A stretch of DNA of 53,797 bases from Candidatus Aminicenantales bacterium (GCA_049512315.1 JBEKXF010000006.1:62001-115797), one strand, 5' to 3'; positions 17,758-28,071 are shown, counted from the first letter of the stretch. Made by a program: numbers and translations. The notes: generated by a model from the sequence alone, not told the origin.

Positions 17758-18813
17758 TTATTTTTCTTTGGCCGGCTTGTCCCCGGCCTCTTTTTCGAGC
17801 TCCAGCCCGATCTTCTTCCGGATTTCCCCGTCGACCTGGGAGGCCAGCTCCTTGTTCTCCTTGAAGAGCTTCTTGACGTTGTCCCGGCCCTGGCCCAGGC
17901 GCTCTCCCTTGTAGGAGTACCAGGTCCCCGTCTTGTCCAGGATCCCAGTCTCGAAGCCGATATCGACCAGGTCGCCTTCCTTGGAGATCCCTTCGCCGAA
18001 GATGATGTCGAACTGGGCTTCCCGGAAGGGCGCAGCCATCTTGTTCTTGACGATCTTGACCTTGACCCGGTTGCCGACGACGATGTCACCCTCTTTGAGG
18101 ACGGACAGTTTTCGGACATCGATCCGCATCGAGGCGTAGAACTTCAGGGCCCGGCCTCCCGTCGTCGTCTCTGGATTCCCGATGAACATGCCGATCTTCT
18201 CCCGGATCTGATTGATGAAGATGAAGCAGGTCTTGGACCGGGCTACGATGGCCGTCAGCTTGCGGAGGGCCTGGGACATGAGGCGCGCCTGGAGCCCCAT
18301 GTGGGCGTCGCCCATCTCCCCCTCGAGCTCGGCCTTGGGGACCAGGGCCGCGACCGAATCCACGACCACGACGTCCACGGCCCCGCTCCGGACGAGGACC
18401 TCGGCGATCTCCAGGGCCTGCTCGCCGTAGTCGGGCTGGGAGATAAGGAGGTTGTCGACGTCGATCCCGATGCTGGCCGCGTATTTCGGAGAGAGGGCAT
18501 GCTCGGCGTCGATGAAGGCCGCCTGACCGCCGCGCTTCTGGGCTTCGGCGATGACATGGAGGGCCAGGGTCGTCTTGCCCGTGGCCTCGGGGCCGTAGAT
18601 CTCGATGACCCGCCCGCGGGGAAATCCGCCGATGCCGAGGGCCAGGTCGAAGGAAATAGCTCCGGTGGGGATGGCCTCGACGGCGACCGCGGCGCCCTTC
18701 TGGCCGAGCTTCATGATCGCCCCCTTGCCGAACTGCTTCTCGATCTGGGAAAGGGCGGCCTCGATGGCCCTCGTCCGGGCCCCCTGCTTTTGTTCCGTAT
18801 CTTCGTCTTTCAT
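17758..18813 (-). CDS. recA: Recombinase A
   Basis: GPEATGKT Walker [17 protein letters not shown] and KNK motifs; start 18813 with AAGGAGG. Confidence 0.97.
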   Translation of the reverse strand: MKDEDTEQKQGARTRAIEAALSQIEKQFGKGAIMKLGQKGAAVAVEAIPTGAISFDLALGIGGFPRGRVIEIYGPEATGKTTLALHVIAEAQKRGGQAAFIDAEHALSPKYAASIGIDVDNLLISQPDYGEQALEIAEVLVRSGAVDVVVVDSVAALVPKAELEGEMGDAHMGLQARLMSQALRKLTAIVARSKTCFIFINQIREKIGMFIGNPETTTGGRALKFYASMRIDVRKLSVLKEGDIVVGNRVKVKIVKNKMAAPFREAQFDIIFGEGISKEGDLVDIGFETGILDKTGTWYSYKGERLGQGRDNVKKLFKENKELASQVDGEIRKKIGLELEKEAGDKPAKEK

Positions 18814-18967
18814 GGGACCTCCTTGGTCGGTCGGGTTCCTTTTTATCATGGACTGGTCCTGCCTTTCAATTCCGTTTTGGCCGCGGCGGCCCTCTTCGGC
18901 CCGCCCTGAGTCTATCCTCAACCGTGGCCATCTTTCAATTCCTTTTTTGCCGCTCCCCGTCCATCCC

Positions 18968-19711
18968 TCATCGCTGCAGCCCGTGGAACAGCAGGTCGTA
19001 GTCCTCGATCAGGCCTTGGTCGGCGAAGCTGAAGTAGCGGTTATTGCCGATGATGACGTGGTCCAGGACCTTCATCTGGATGACCCGGGCGGCGAAGACG
19101 AGGTCCCGGGTGATCTGCTTGTCGCAGAGCGACGGCTCGGGGTCGCCGGACGGGTGGTTGTGGGCGAAGATCAGGGCCGAGGCCTCGTAGAGGAGGGCGT
19201 CCCTGATGACCTCCCGGGGATAGACGGCGCTCGAGTCCACGGTCCCCTCGAAAAGGGTTTTCTCCTCGATGACCTGGTTTTTCGTGTCGAGGAAAATGAC
19301 TTTGAACTGCTCCCTCTTCAGATCGCGCAGGGCGTGGTACAGGAAGTCGAAAACCTCCTTCGAGGAGTGGCAGACGGGGCGGCCCATCATCCTGTCCTTG
19401 AGGAACCGCCGGGAAACTTCATGGACGAGCCGGATGCCGAAGAGGTTCCGGGGCCCGATCCCCCGGACCCTCTGAAGGTCCCGGGCCGGGGCCTCGAGGA
19501 CGCCCCGGAAAGTCTTGAACTCTTTCAGGACTTCCCTGGCCACCCCCTTGCAGTCCCGACGCGGCGTCCCCAGGGTCAGGAGGAGCTCGATGATCTCGTA
19601 GTCAAGAAACCCGACCAGGCCGCCCTTGAGGAATTTCTCGCGCAGACGGCCCCGATGCCCGGCGAGGTCGGCTCTCCCGTCATCCTCCTGTTCCCTGGGC
19701 ATCTGGTCCAT
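18968..19711 (-). CDS. radC: RadC family protein (HhH plus JAB domain)
   Basis: [14 protein letters not shown] Hh[18 protein letters not shown] motif, LDHVII. Confidence 0.92.
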   Translation of the reverse strand: MDQMPREQEDDGRADLAGHRGRLREKFLKGGLVGFLDYEIIELLLTLGTPRRDCKGVAREVLKEFKTFRGVLEAPARDLQRVRGIGPRNLFGIRLVHEVSRRFLKDRMMGRPVCHSSKEVFDFLYHALRDLKREQFKVIFLDTKNQVIEEKTLFEGTVDSSAVYPREVIRDALLYEASALIFAHNHPSGDPEPSLCDKQITRDLVFAARVIQMKVLDHVIIGNNRYFSFADQGLIEDYDLLFHGLQR

Positions 19712-19767
19712 CGTCGTCCATAAAAGAGACGCTCGGGACCGCCATTTTTCGCACCAGAGCTAAGGGA

Positions 19768-21555
19768 TTATTCGCGGTAGAGGGAGTCGATGAGGTCCTT
19801 GTATTTCTCCTCGACGATGGCCCGCCGGACCTTGAGCGTCGGCGTGACCTCGCCCGACTCGATATCGAAGTCGCGGTCGAGGAGGGCGATCTTCTTGACC
19901 CGCTCGTAGGAGGCCAGGTCGGGGGTCGAGCGGTTGACCTCGGCCAGCATGAAGTCGACGACGTCCTGCCGGCGGCAGAGCTCGGCCCGGTCGCGGAAGG
20001 GGATGCCGTTCGTCCGGGCGTACTCCTCGAGCTTCCCGAACTCCGGGACGATCAGGGCGGAGATGAACCGCTTCCGTTCGCCGACGACGACCGCGCTCGC
20101 GATGTAAGGGTTGAGGCCGAGAACGCTCTCTATGGGCTGGGGCGCCACGTTTTTGCCGCCGGCCGTGACGATGAGGTCCTTCTTGCGGTCCGTAATGAAC
20201 AGGAAACCGTCCTGGTCCAAGGTACCGATGTCCCCCGTATGGAACCAGCCGCCCTCCATGGCCTCGCGCGTTTCGGCTTCCCGCTTGTAGTACCCCTGCA
20301 TGACGTTCGGGCCCCGGGCCAGGATCTCGCCGTCCGGCGCGATCGCGATCTCGACGCCGGGGATGGCCCGCCCCGCGCTCCCCAACCGATAGGCCTCGAA
20401 GCTGTTCCCGGTGAGAACGGGCGAGGTCTCGGTCAGGCCGTACCCGGGGAAAATGAAGAGCCCCATGGCGTAAAAGAATTCGGCGATGTCCGCGGCCAGG
20501 GGAGCCCCTCCACAGATGAAATAGCGCACCCGTCCGCCCGTCCGGGCCTGGATCTTCGAAAAAACGAGCCTCGCGGCGAGCTTATTTTTCAGCTGCAGGA
20601 CTCCGGAGACCGGCTGCCTCCCGATGATCTTCGCGGCGCACCTCCGGCCGACAGCAATGGCCCAAAAGAAAAGCGCTTTTTTCGGGGCCGGCATTTTCAG
20701 GACCATCTCCATGACCCGGGCGTACATCTTTTCGAACAGCCGGGGGACGCTGATCATGATCGTCGGCCGGACCTCGAGGAGGTTCTCGCTGACGGTCTCG
20801 ACGCTCTCGGCATAGGCGATCGTGGCTCCATGGTAAAGGAAGACGAAAGTCGCGGTCCTCTCGAGCACGTGGGAGAGGGGCAGGAACGACAGGGCCGTGT
20901 CCGTGGAAAGAAAGGGAACGACGAGGCCCACGGCCTTGATGTTGCTCACGAAATTCGCGTGGTTGAGCATGACGCCCTTGGGCGCGCCCGTCGTCCCCGA
21001 CGTGTAGATGATCGAGGCCAAATCGGACGGCTGGACGGCCAGGGCGTTGCGCTCGAAGAGTCCCGGGTCGGCCTCCGCGGCCCGCTTCCCCTTGCCCCTG
21101 ATTTCGCCGAGGGTCAGGATCCCGACCGGCTCCTCTTCATCGATCATGACGAAATGGCGGACCTCCGGAAGCTCGTCGCGGACGGCCTCGACCTTGAGCC
21201 AGAGCTCGCGGTTGGAGCAGATGACGATCCGGGCGTCCGAGTCGTTGATGATGTACTTGATCTGCTCGGGGAGGAGCGAGGCATAGATCGGCACCGTGAC
21301 CCCGCCGGCGCAGAGGATGGCCAGGTCCGTCATGACCCAATCGGGCCGGTTCTCGGACAGGATGACGGCCTTGTCGCCCGGCCTCAGGCCGAGCTCCTGG
21401 AAGCCCAGGGAGAGCTCCCTGACTCGGGTCTCGACCTCGGCCGTCGAGATCGGGGCATAACTTCCTTCGAGCTTGACCAGAAAAAGGGCCGGCTTGGGGT
21501 AGACCCGGCAGGTGTTCAGGAAGAGCCGGCTGAGGGTCGAAACGCTGTCCGTCAT
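19768..21555 (-). CDS. Long-chain fatty acid--CoA ligase (paralog 2)
   Basis: YTSGTTGAPKG, GYGLTET, HTGDIG and GGKNVAPQPIE motifs. Confidence 0.9.
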   Translation of the reverse strand: MTDSVSTLSRLFLNTCRVYPKPALFLVKLEGSYAPISTAEVETRVRELSLGFQELGLRPGDKAVILSENRPDWVMTDLAILCAGGVTVPIYASLLPEQIKYIINDSDARIVICSNRELWLKVEAVRDELPEVRHFVMIDEEEPVGILTLGEIRGKGKRAAEADPGLFERNALAVQPSDLASIIYTSGTTGAPKGVMLNHANFVSNIKAVGLVVPFLSTDTALSFLPLSHVLERTATFVFLYHGATIAYAESVETVSENLLEVRPTIMISVPRLFEKMYARVMEMVLKMPAPKKALFFWAIAVGRRCAAKIIGRQPVSGVLQLKNKLAARLVFSKIQARTGGRVRYFICGGAPLAADIAEFFYAMGLFIFPGYGLTETSPVLTGNSFEAYRLGSAGRAIPGVEIAIAPDGEILARGPNVMQGYYKREAETREAMEGGWFHTGDIGTLDQDGFLFITDRKKDLIVTAGGKNVAPQPIESVLGLNPYIASAVVVGERKRFISALIVPEFGKLEEYARTNGIPFRDRAELCRRQDVVDFMLAEVNRSTPDLASYERVKKIALLDRDFDIESGEVTPTLKVRRAIVEEKYKDLIDSLYRE

Positions 21556-21577
21556 GATACTCAGGGCCCGGGTCCGG

Positions 21578-23344
21578 TCAGTCCTTGTAAAAGAGGTCGA
21601 TCACCGGCTTGAACTTGGCCTCGACAAGGCTCCTCCTGACCTTGAGGGTGGGCGTGATCTCACCGGCTTCGATCTCGAAATCCCGGTCGAGGAGGGCGAT
21701 TTTCTTGATCCGCTCATAGGAGGCCAGGTCCGGGGTTGACCGGTTGACTTCGGCCAGCATGAAGTCGCGGATTTCCTCCCGGCCGCAGAGCTCGGCCCGA
21801 TCATGGAAGGGGATCCCGCTCGCCTTCGCGTAGGCCTCGAGCTTCTCGAAGTCCGGAACGATCAGGGCCGAGATGAACTTCCGGCTCCCCCCGACGACGA
21901 CGGCGTTCTGGACGTAGGGATTGGCCTTGATGAGGTTCTCGATGGGCTGGGGGGCCACGTTTTTCCCGCCGGCCGTGACGATGAGGTCCTTCTTGCGGTC
22001 CGTGATGACCAGGAACCCGTCCGGGTCCAGGTAACCGACGTCTCCCGTATGGAGCCAGCCCTCCGCCATGACCTCGCGGGTCTCGGCTTCCTTCTTGTAA
22101 TAGCCCTTCATGACGTTCGGCCCCCGGGCCAGGATCTCGCCGTCAGGGGCGATCCTGATGTCGACGCCAGGGACGGGCTTGCCGACCGTCCCAAACCGCA
22201 GGTTGTCGAACGTGTTGCAGGTCAGCACGGGCGAGGTCTCGGTCAGCCCGTAGCCCTCGAGGATAATGATGCCCAGGGCGTAGAAGAACTCGGCCACGTC
22301 TTTGGAGAGAGGCGCTCCCCCGGAGACGAAGAACTTGACGCGCCCGCCCGTCCGTTCGACGATCTTCGAGAAGACGAGCTTCCCGGCCAGTTTGCGCTGG
22401 GTCTCAAGCGTCCTGGAGATCGGCTCTTTCCGAAGTTTCTTCCCGCCGTACTTTTTCCCGACCCTAAGGGCCCAGAAGAAGATTTTCCGTTTCAGGGGGG
22501 ACTGCGTCAGGATGTTGTCCATGACCCGGGCGTAGATCTTGTCGAACAGGCGCGGCACGCTGATCATGATGGTCGGCCGGACCTCGACCAGGTTCTCGGC
22601 CACCGTATCGACGCTCTCGGCATAGGCGATCGAGGCCCCCTTGTAGAGGAACGAGAACGTCGTCATGCGCTCCAGGACATGGGTCAGCGGCAGGAAGGAC
22701 AGGATGGTGTCCGTGTGAACGAACTCGGTGACGGCGTCGAGGGCCTTGCTGTTGCTGACGAAATTCCCGTGGCTCAGCATGACACCCTTGGGCGTTCCCG
22801 TCGTTCCCGAGGTGTAGATGACCGAGGCCAGGTCATCCGGCCTGATGGCCGCGGCGACGGCGTCGAAGGTCCCGAGGGCCGACTCCCCCCGGCCCGCGAC
22901 CTCGCCGAGCGTCATGATCCCCGCCGGCGCCTCGTCATCGATCATAATGAAGTGACGGACCTTCGTGAGGTCCCTGCGGACGGCCTCGACTTTGATCCAG
23001 AGGTCGCGGTTGGAGCAGACGACGAACGCGGCGTCCGAATCGTCGATGATGTACTTAATCTGCTCGGGCATGAGCGAGGTGTAGATGGGCACGGTGATCC
23101 CGCCCGCGCAGAGGACGGCGAAGTCCGTCATGACCCATTCGGGCCGGTTCTCGGAGAAGATGACGACCTTGTCCCCCGGCTGGAGGCCGAGCTCCCGCAG
23201 CCCGGCCGAGAGGTGCCGCACCCGGGCCTCGAAGTCGGCCGTGGAGATGGGAACGTAACGGCCCTCCCGCTTGGACATCAGGAGGTTGTCTTTCCGGTAT
23301 GTCCGGCAGGTGTGCAAGAAAAGCTGGCTCAGGGTCTCGACCAT
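21578..23344 (-). CDS. Long-chain fatty acid--CoA ligase (paralog 1)
   Basis: YTSGTTGTPKG, GYGLTET, HTGDVG and GGKNVAPQPIE motifs. Confidence 0.9.
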   Translation of the reverse strand: MVETLSQLFLHTCRTYRKDNLLMSKREGRYVPISTADFEARVRHLSAGLRELGLQPGDKVVIFSENRPEWVMTDFAVLCAGGITVPIYTSLMPEQIKYIIDDSDAAFVVCSNRDLWIKVEAVRRDLTKVRHFIMIDDEAPAGIMTLGEVAGRGESALGTFDAVAAAIRPDDLASVIYTSGTTGTPKGVMLSHGNFVSNSKALDAVTEFVHTDTILSFLPLTHVLERMTTFSFLYKGASIAYAESVDTVAENLVEVRPTIMISVPRLFDKIYARVMDNILTQSPLKRKIFFWALRVGKKYGGKKLRKEPISRTLETQRKLAGKLVFSKIVERTGGRVKFFVSGGAPLSKDVAEFFYALGIIILEGYGLTETSPVLTCNTFDNLRFGTVGKPVPGVDIRIAPDGEILARGPNVMKGYYKKEAETREVMAEGWLHTGDVGYLDPDGFLVITDRKKDLIVTAGGKNVAPQPIENLIKANPYVQNAVVVGGSRKFISALIVPDFEKLEAYAKASGIPFHDRAELCGREEIRDFMLAEVNRSTPDLASYERIKKIALLDRDFEIEAGEITPTLKVRRSLVEAKFKPVIDLFYKD

Positions 23345-23403
23345 GGTCGGCCTCCTCTCGGACTTGGGTCTCCCCTATTCTTATCCCTGTTTCCGGCGGG
23401 GTG

Positions 23404-23895
23404 TCAATCCCGGGCGTGTTTTCTCTCGTGCTCGAGGAGCCACTCTTTACGCCACAGGCCGCCGCCGTACCCGGTCAGCCGGCCGTCGCTCCCGATCACC
23501 CGGTGGCAGGGGACGATGATGCTCACGGGATTCCGGTGGTTGGCCCCGCCGACGGCCCGGCCGGCCCGCTCGTTCCCGACGCCGGCGGCGATCGCCCCGT
23601 AGGTCGTCGTTTTCCCGAAGGGGACCCGGAGAAGGGCGGCCCAGACCTTTTTCTGGAAGGCCGTGCCCTCGAGCCTGAGGGGCAGGGAGAAGGAGGCCCT
23701 TTTCCCCCGGAAATACTCTTCGAGCTGGACCAGGCAGGCCATCAAGATCTCGGGTCCACCCGCTGTCGCGCTCTCCGCCGGCCGCATCAGGCCGCTTTTT
23801 TCGACGAAACCAACCTCGACAATGCCCTTTTCCTCGGCCTTGATCTCAATGCTTCCGATCGGGGATTCGTAAACGGCGGTGAAAATCTGTGGCAT
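23404..23895 (-). CDS. ogt: Methylated-DNA--protein-cysteine methyltransferase
   Basis: GTAFQKKVW, RAVGGA, PCHRV active site, GYGGG. Confidence 0.93.
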   Translation of the reverse strand: MPQIFTAVYESPIGSIEIKAEEKGIVEVGFVEKSGLMRPAESATAGGPEILMACLVQLEEYFRGKRASFSLPLRLEGTAFQKKVWAALLRVPFGKTTTYGAIAAGVGNERAGRAVGGANHRNPVSIIVPCHRVIGSDGRLTGYGGGLWRKEWLLEHERKHARD

Positions 23896-24044
23896 CTTGG
23901 CAGCTCCTTGCGGCCGACGCTCCTAGGCGGCTTCACAATAATATAAAAACGCCCGTCTTTCAACGTCCCCTGAAATTGCTGGGAGGGCCCGATTGACGGG
24001 CCTGTTTGTCCTGTGGTAAAAGCGGGGAAGGAGAGAGAGGCCCC

Positions 24045-24869
24045 ATGAGCGGAAACATCCCGACCCTGTGCGTTTCGGGCCGGACCCTGCCCGAGGCCTG
24101 GGAAAAAGCCGTCCTCGCCTGCTGGCGTCAGGGCGCAGCCATCCGGACGGAATACGACAAGCCCGGCGACCCGCCGAGCAAGGACTGCACGATGATGTGG
24201 ACCGTCGAGGACCCCTTCGCCGAGCCGCGCATCCACCGGGCCTTCCCCGGAGGACTCGAGGACCTTGAGGTCTACCGGCAAGAGGTCGTCGACGGGGTCC
24301 ACGACCACTGGATCTGCCCGGAAGAGGGCAAGTGGACTTACACCTACCATAAGCGTTTGTTCGACTACGAGATCGAAGGCAAGACCATCGACCAGATCAA
24401 TTATATCGTCGACAAGCTGGCCGCGACCGGCTATTCGCGCCGGGCCCAGGCCATCACCTGGAACCCGAAGCTCGACCCGCCGACCTACGACCCGCCCTGC
24501 CTCCAGCGGGTCTGGTGCCGGATGCTCGAAGACGCGTCGGGCACGGCCGTCTTGAACATGAACTGCCACTGGCGGTCGCGCGACGCCTATAAGGCGGCCT
24601 ACATGAACGTCTTCGCCCTGACCGACCTCCAGAGGACGATCGCGGCCAGGATCGCCGAAAAAGCCGGCCGACCCGTGCGTGTCGGCCGCTATGCGGACCT
24701 CGTCGACAGCTTCCACATCTACGGGTCCTACTTCGGCGAGTTCGAGGGCTTCCTGAAAATGGTCGAGAAACGGACGTTCGAGCAGCGGACCTGGCCCAGC
24801 GACTACGCCGAGCCGGTCTTCGCGGAGGCCCGCGAGCGCCTGAGAAAGGAAAAAGAGGAAGGGAGATAG
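24045..24869 (+). CDS. thyA: Thymidylate synthase, archaeal-like ThyA clade
   Basis: YTYHKRL, SRRAQAITW, DPPCLQ (catalytic Cys), RSRD-x7-N and SFHIYG; start at ATG 24045. Confidence 0.78.
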   Translation: MSGNIPTLCVSGRTLPEAWEKAVLACWRQGAAIRTEYDKPGDPPSKDCTMMWTVEDPFAEPRIHRAFPGGLEDLEVYRQEVVDGVHDHWICPEEGKWTYTYHKRLFDYEIEGKTIDQINYIVDKLAATGYSRRAQAITWNPKLDPPTYDPPCLQRVWCRMLEDASGTAVLNMNCHWRSRDAYKAAYMNVFALTDLQRTIAARIAEKAGRPVRVGRYADLVDSFHIYGSYFGEFEGFLKMVEKRTFEQRTWPSDYAEPVFAEARERLRKEKEEGR

Positions 24870-24884
24870 GCCCGACCCGCCCCG

Positions 24885-25517
24885 ATGACCGCCGTCATCC
24901 TCTCCGCCCTTTCCCTTCTCTCGGCCGGCCTGGCCATCCTGTCCGACGCGAAAGGGTCAAAGCAGCTGTTTCGCGTCTTCAAACCTCTGACCATGGTCTT
25001 CGTCATCTCCGTGGCCCTCGCCGCCCGTCCCCCCGTGCCGGCGAGCTACAGGATGTTTATCCTGGCCGGGCTGCTGTGTTCTCTCGCCGGCGACGTGGCC
25101 CTAATGTTCCCGGACAGGTGGTTCGAGGCCGGCCTTGTCTCTTTCCTGGCCGCCCACGTCTTTTATATCCTGGCCTTCAAGCCCGGGCCCGGGCGGCCGT
25201 TCTCGACCACGATCCTCCTGCCGTTCATCATTTTCGGCCTGCTCATGTTCCGGACCCTGGCCCCGTCGCTCGGCCGGCTGAAGTTCCCCGTCCTCGTCTA
25301 TATCACGGCCATCACGGTCATGGCCTGGCTCGCCGCGGCCCGGTTCATCGACAGGGGCGGGACGCGCCCGCTCCTTGCGTTCGCGGGGGCCATCCTATTT
25401 CTCGTCTCCGATTCCGTCCTGGCCTATGACCGGTTCGTCAAGAAGCTCGGTCCGGCCCAGGCCATCATCCTCGGGACCTATTTCCCGGCCCAGCTTCTGA
25501 TCGCCCTCTCGATCTGA
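24885..25517 (+). CDS. YhhN/lysoplasmalogenase family membrane protein
   Basis: FKPL, SLAGDVAL, FLAAHVFY, FLVSDSVL and YFPAQ motifs. Confidence 0.88.
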   Translation: MTAVILSALSLLSAGLAILSDAKGSKQLFRVFKPLTMVFVISVALAARPPVPASYRMFILAGLLCSLAGDVALMFPDRWFEAGLVSFLAAHVFYILAFKPGPGRPFSTTILLPFIIFGLLMFRTLAPSLGRLKFPVLVYITAITVMAWLAAARFIDRGGTRPLLAFAGAILFLVSDSVLAYDRFVKKLGPAQAIILGTYFPAQLLIALSI

Positions 25518-25524
25518 ACCGGCG

Positions 25525-26280
25525 TCAGCCCGCCTGGACGACCGCGCCGTCGATCCCGATCACGACTTTCCGGATATCGAGCGTTTCACCCGAAAGCTCC
25601 ACCGCCCGGCGAACCATCCGCTCGAGCCCCGAGCAGCAGGGGACGGTCATGATGGCAACGGTCAGCGAGCGGAGCCCGTTCTGCCGGATGATCTCCGCCA
25701 GCTTTTCCACGTATCCTTGCGTCTCGTCGAGCTTGGGACAGGCGATGACGAGCTTCCTGCCCCGGAGCAGGTCCTGGTGAAAGCTTCCGAGGGCGAAGGC
25801 CGTGCAATCGGCCGCGATAAGGAGGTCGCTGCCTTTAAAGTAGGGGGCCGAGGGCGAAACGAGGTGGAGCTGGATGGGCCATTGGTTCAGCCGGGACTTC
25901 CCTGAGACCGCGGGCGCGCCCTCGGGCTCCGGCCCTGCGGGGGGGATCTCGCGGGCGAGGCTCCCGGGGCAGCCTTGGGGGACGGGGTGAGGACTGCCAG
26001 CCCCGTGGACCCGGCCCGCGGCCTCGGGGCCCCTGGTCTCAAGGGCGCGCCTGTAGGCCGCCCCGGAGTCATAGGCCCCGCTTTCGCGCTCCACGACCTT
26101 GAGGGCGCCGGTCGGGCAGACGTCGAGGCAGGCGCCCAGCCCGTCGCAGAAGATCTCCCGCACGAGCACGGCCTTGTTCTCGGTGTCCAGCTCCAGGGCG
26201 CCCTCGACGCAGGCCGTCGTACAGAGGCCGCAGCCGTTGCACAGCTTGCGGTCGATCTCGATGATCTTTCGTTTGCCCAT
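25525..26280 (-). CDS. 4Fe-4S dicluster ferredoxin-domain protein
   Basis: CNGCGLCTTAC and CDGLGACLDVCP; Cys-containing C-terminal domain (QWPIQL, ADC, CPKLD, PCC). Confidence 0.85.
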   Translation of the reverse strand: MGKRKIIEIDRKLCNGCGLCTTACVEGALELDTENKAVLVREIFCDGLGACLDVCPTGALKVVERESGAYDSGAAYRRALETRGPEAAGRVHGAGSPHPVPQGCPGSLAREIPPAGPEPEGAPAVSGKSRLNQWPIQLHLVSPSAPYFKGSDLLIAADCTAFALGSFHQDLLRGRKLVIACPKLDETQGYVEKLAEIIRQNGLRSLTVAIMTVPCCSGLERMVRRAVELSGETLDIRKVVIGIDGAVVQAG

Positions 26281-26301
26281 GTCATGACTCCTGATCCGGG
26301 C

Positions 26302-27567
26302 CTAGTGCCCGAAGCGCGGGTTGACGACGTTCGTGTAGATCGACCCGAACGTGTAGCTGACACCGACCGAAAGGCCGTAGCTGAAGCTTGTCGGCAGCAT
26401 CTTCCGGCCGAGGAGGATCTCGTCCTCGGTGGCTTGGGTCTTGGGTAGCGAGATCTGGTCGTGGATCCGGGAGTACGACGCGTTGAAGCCGACGGAGAGG
26501 CCCCGGAAGAGCTGGAGGGAAACGCCGCTCCAGAACTCGAGCCGGTTCTTGCTGAGATCCGTCAGAAAATTCGACCCCGAGAGCGAGGCGCTGACGTTCC
26601 CCCACGGCTGCTTGATCTCCATAGTGACCGACAGCGTCTGGGTGAGAACGCTTTCCTGCATTTTACTGAAGACCGTTTCCTCATGGTACTTGTTGAAGCT
26701 GTAGCCGATCCGGTAGAGGAAGCGGAGCTGCTTCCGGGTGGACTCGGCGTAATTGTAGTAGTTGTATTCGATGGCCGGGGCGGGATTCAGGGCCCAGGCG
26801 ATATTGGCATAACTCGACGAGTAAGCCGAGAACCATGCTCCCAGCGACCAATGGTCGCTGAGGCTGAAGACGTAGATCCCGTTGAAGCTCTCGCTGTCGG
26901 CCGAGGAGGAAATCGGCCCCGTATCGAGCCTGAACTTGCTGCTGTTGAGGTTGCCGGAAACGCCCACTCGGAACTTGCGCTCCGGGGTGACGCGGTTGGC
27001 CGAGAAGTACCCGCTGGCCGAGGCGAAGTCCTTGGATGCCTCGCCGCTCACGCTCCCGGAGACGCCGACGTTGAAGACCCAGGAATTCCAGCTGTCCTCG
27101 CTGACCTCGGCCGGCACTTTCCTGTCGAAGTTGACGTTGAGGAAATCGCCGACGGCCGTCTTGGCGGCGTACGGCACGAGCCCCATCTTCAGGACGCGGA
27201 CCATCCCCCGGCGTTGCTCGTCGTCCGTGTCTGTCTGGTTGGAGACGTATTTCAGGGTGTTCCTGAGGTCATAGTAGGCGTTCTGGCCGATGAATTCCAG
27301 GCTGTACTCGCGTCCCCCGCTGCCCGTGAGCTCGATCGTGACGAGCACATGGACATCGGCGATCTGCCTGTCCCTGACGAAATTGACGAAGGTGATCTCG
27401 TTCCGGATGAAATCCATGTCGCACTGGTGGCAGTCGAGGAAGACCTTGGGAGCGGCCTGCTTCAAGCGGTCGGCCGAAATGTCGGTCTGCTGGGCCGTCG
27501 CGGGGGCCGGCGCAAGGGCCAAGAGGACCCCTATCAGGATGAGTGGAATCGCGCGGCATCTTGGCAT
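26302..27567 (-). CDS. Exported hypothetical protein, probable outer-membrane beta-barrel with an N-terminal CxxC domain
   Basis: GAGGAG RBS before ATG 27567, signal peptide ending APATA, DCHQCD, alternating Ser/Gly/aromatic strand-like C-terminal half. Confidence 0.7.
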   Translation of the reverse strand: MPRCRAIPLILIGVLLALAPAPATAQQTDISADRLKQAAPKVFLDCHQCDMDFIRNEITFVNFVRDRQIADVHVLVTIELTGSGGREYSLEFIGQNAYYDLRNTLKYVSNQTDTDDEQRRGMVRVLKMGLVPYAAKTAVGDFLNVNFDRKVPAEVSEDSWNSWVFNVGVSGSVSGEASKDFASASGYFSANRVTPERKFRVGVSGNLNSSKFRLDTGPISSSADSESFNGIYVFSLSDHWSLGAWFSAYSSSYANIAWALNPAPAIEYNYYNYAESTRKQLRFLYRIGYSFNKYHEETVFSKMQESVLTQTLSVTMEIKQPWGNVSASLSGSNFLTDLSKNRLEFWSGVSLQLFRGLSVGFNASYSRIHDQISLPKTQATEDEILLGRKMLPTSFSYGLSVGVSYTFGSIYTNVVNPRFGH

Positions 27568-27681
27568 GAGCGGTCTCCTCTTTGTTTTTCCTTCATAAAA
27601 GTGCCCGGCCGGTCTGTCCGGAATCCCGGAGCGGGGCAAGGCCGCCCGCCAGCCGATCTCGGCATGCCTGCTCCCGGCCTC

Positions 27682-28071
27682 CTACAGATTGACCGGAGCG
27701 GCAGTGAACCATTCCCGCCCGTCGGCGCCAAGCAGCCCGCTGAGCGCAAAGAGGCCCAGAACTGTGCCGACGGGGAAAAGGGGGACGAGCAGGGCCCCGG
27801 CGATGACGCCAAGAGCCCTTCCCCAGGCGGTGCGACGCCGGACGCCGGACGCGGCGATGAGGTCGAAGGCCCCGGCGGCGGCCGAAGCCAGGAGGAGGAC
27901 GACTCCCAGGCTGCCGAGGAGCGCGTTCCCGAGGAGGCCGGAGCGCTCCCCGCTCCCGCGGACGAAAACGGAGCCGGCCAACATAATGAAGAGGAAGAGA
28001 CCCGCCGTGGCGATCTTGAGGGCCCCGGCGACGATGAGGCAAAGCCTGGCAGTCTTGACCTTATTCGGCAT
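27682..28071 (-). CDS. Small membrane protein (3-4 TM)
   Basis: Hydrophobic helices and an FPVGTVLG motif. Confidence 0.65.
   Translation of the reverse strand: MPNKVKTARLCLIVAGALKIATAGLFLFIMLAGSVFVRGSGERSGLLGNALLGSLGVVLLLASAAAGAFDLIAASGVRRRTAWGRALGVIAGALLVPLFPVGTVLGLFALSGLLGADGREWFTAAPVNL

Noticed and set aside
17634..18119. Apparent 161-aa N-terminal extension of SOD overlapping recA (possible fusion or frameshift)
   Set aside because: An alternative-frame read of recA; sod has its own RBS and ATG at 17633, and recA ends normally.
18968..19711. radC as a marker of an integrative element
   Set aside because: It is the full-length HhH+JAB chromosomal type among housekeeping genes, with no integrase or att sites seen.
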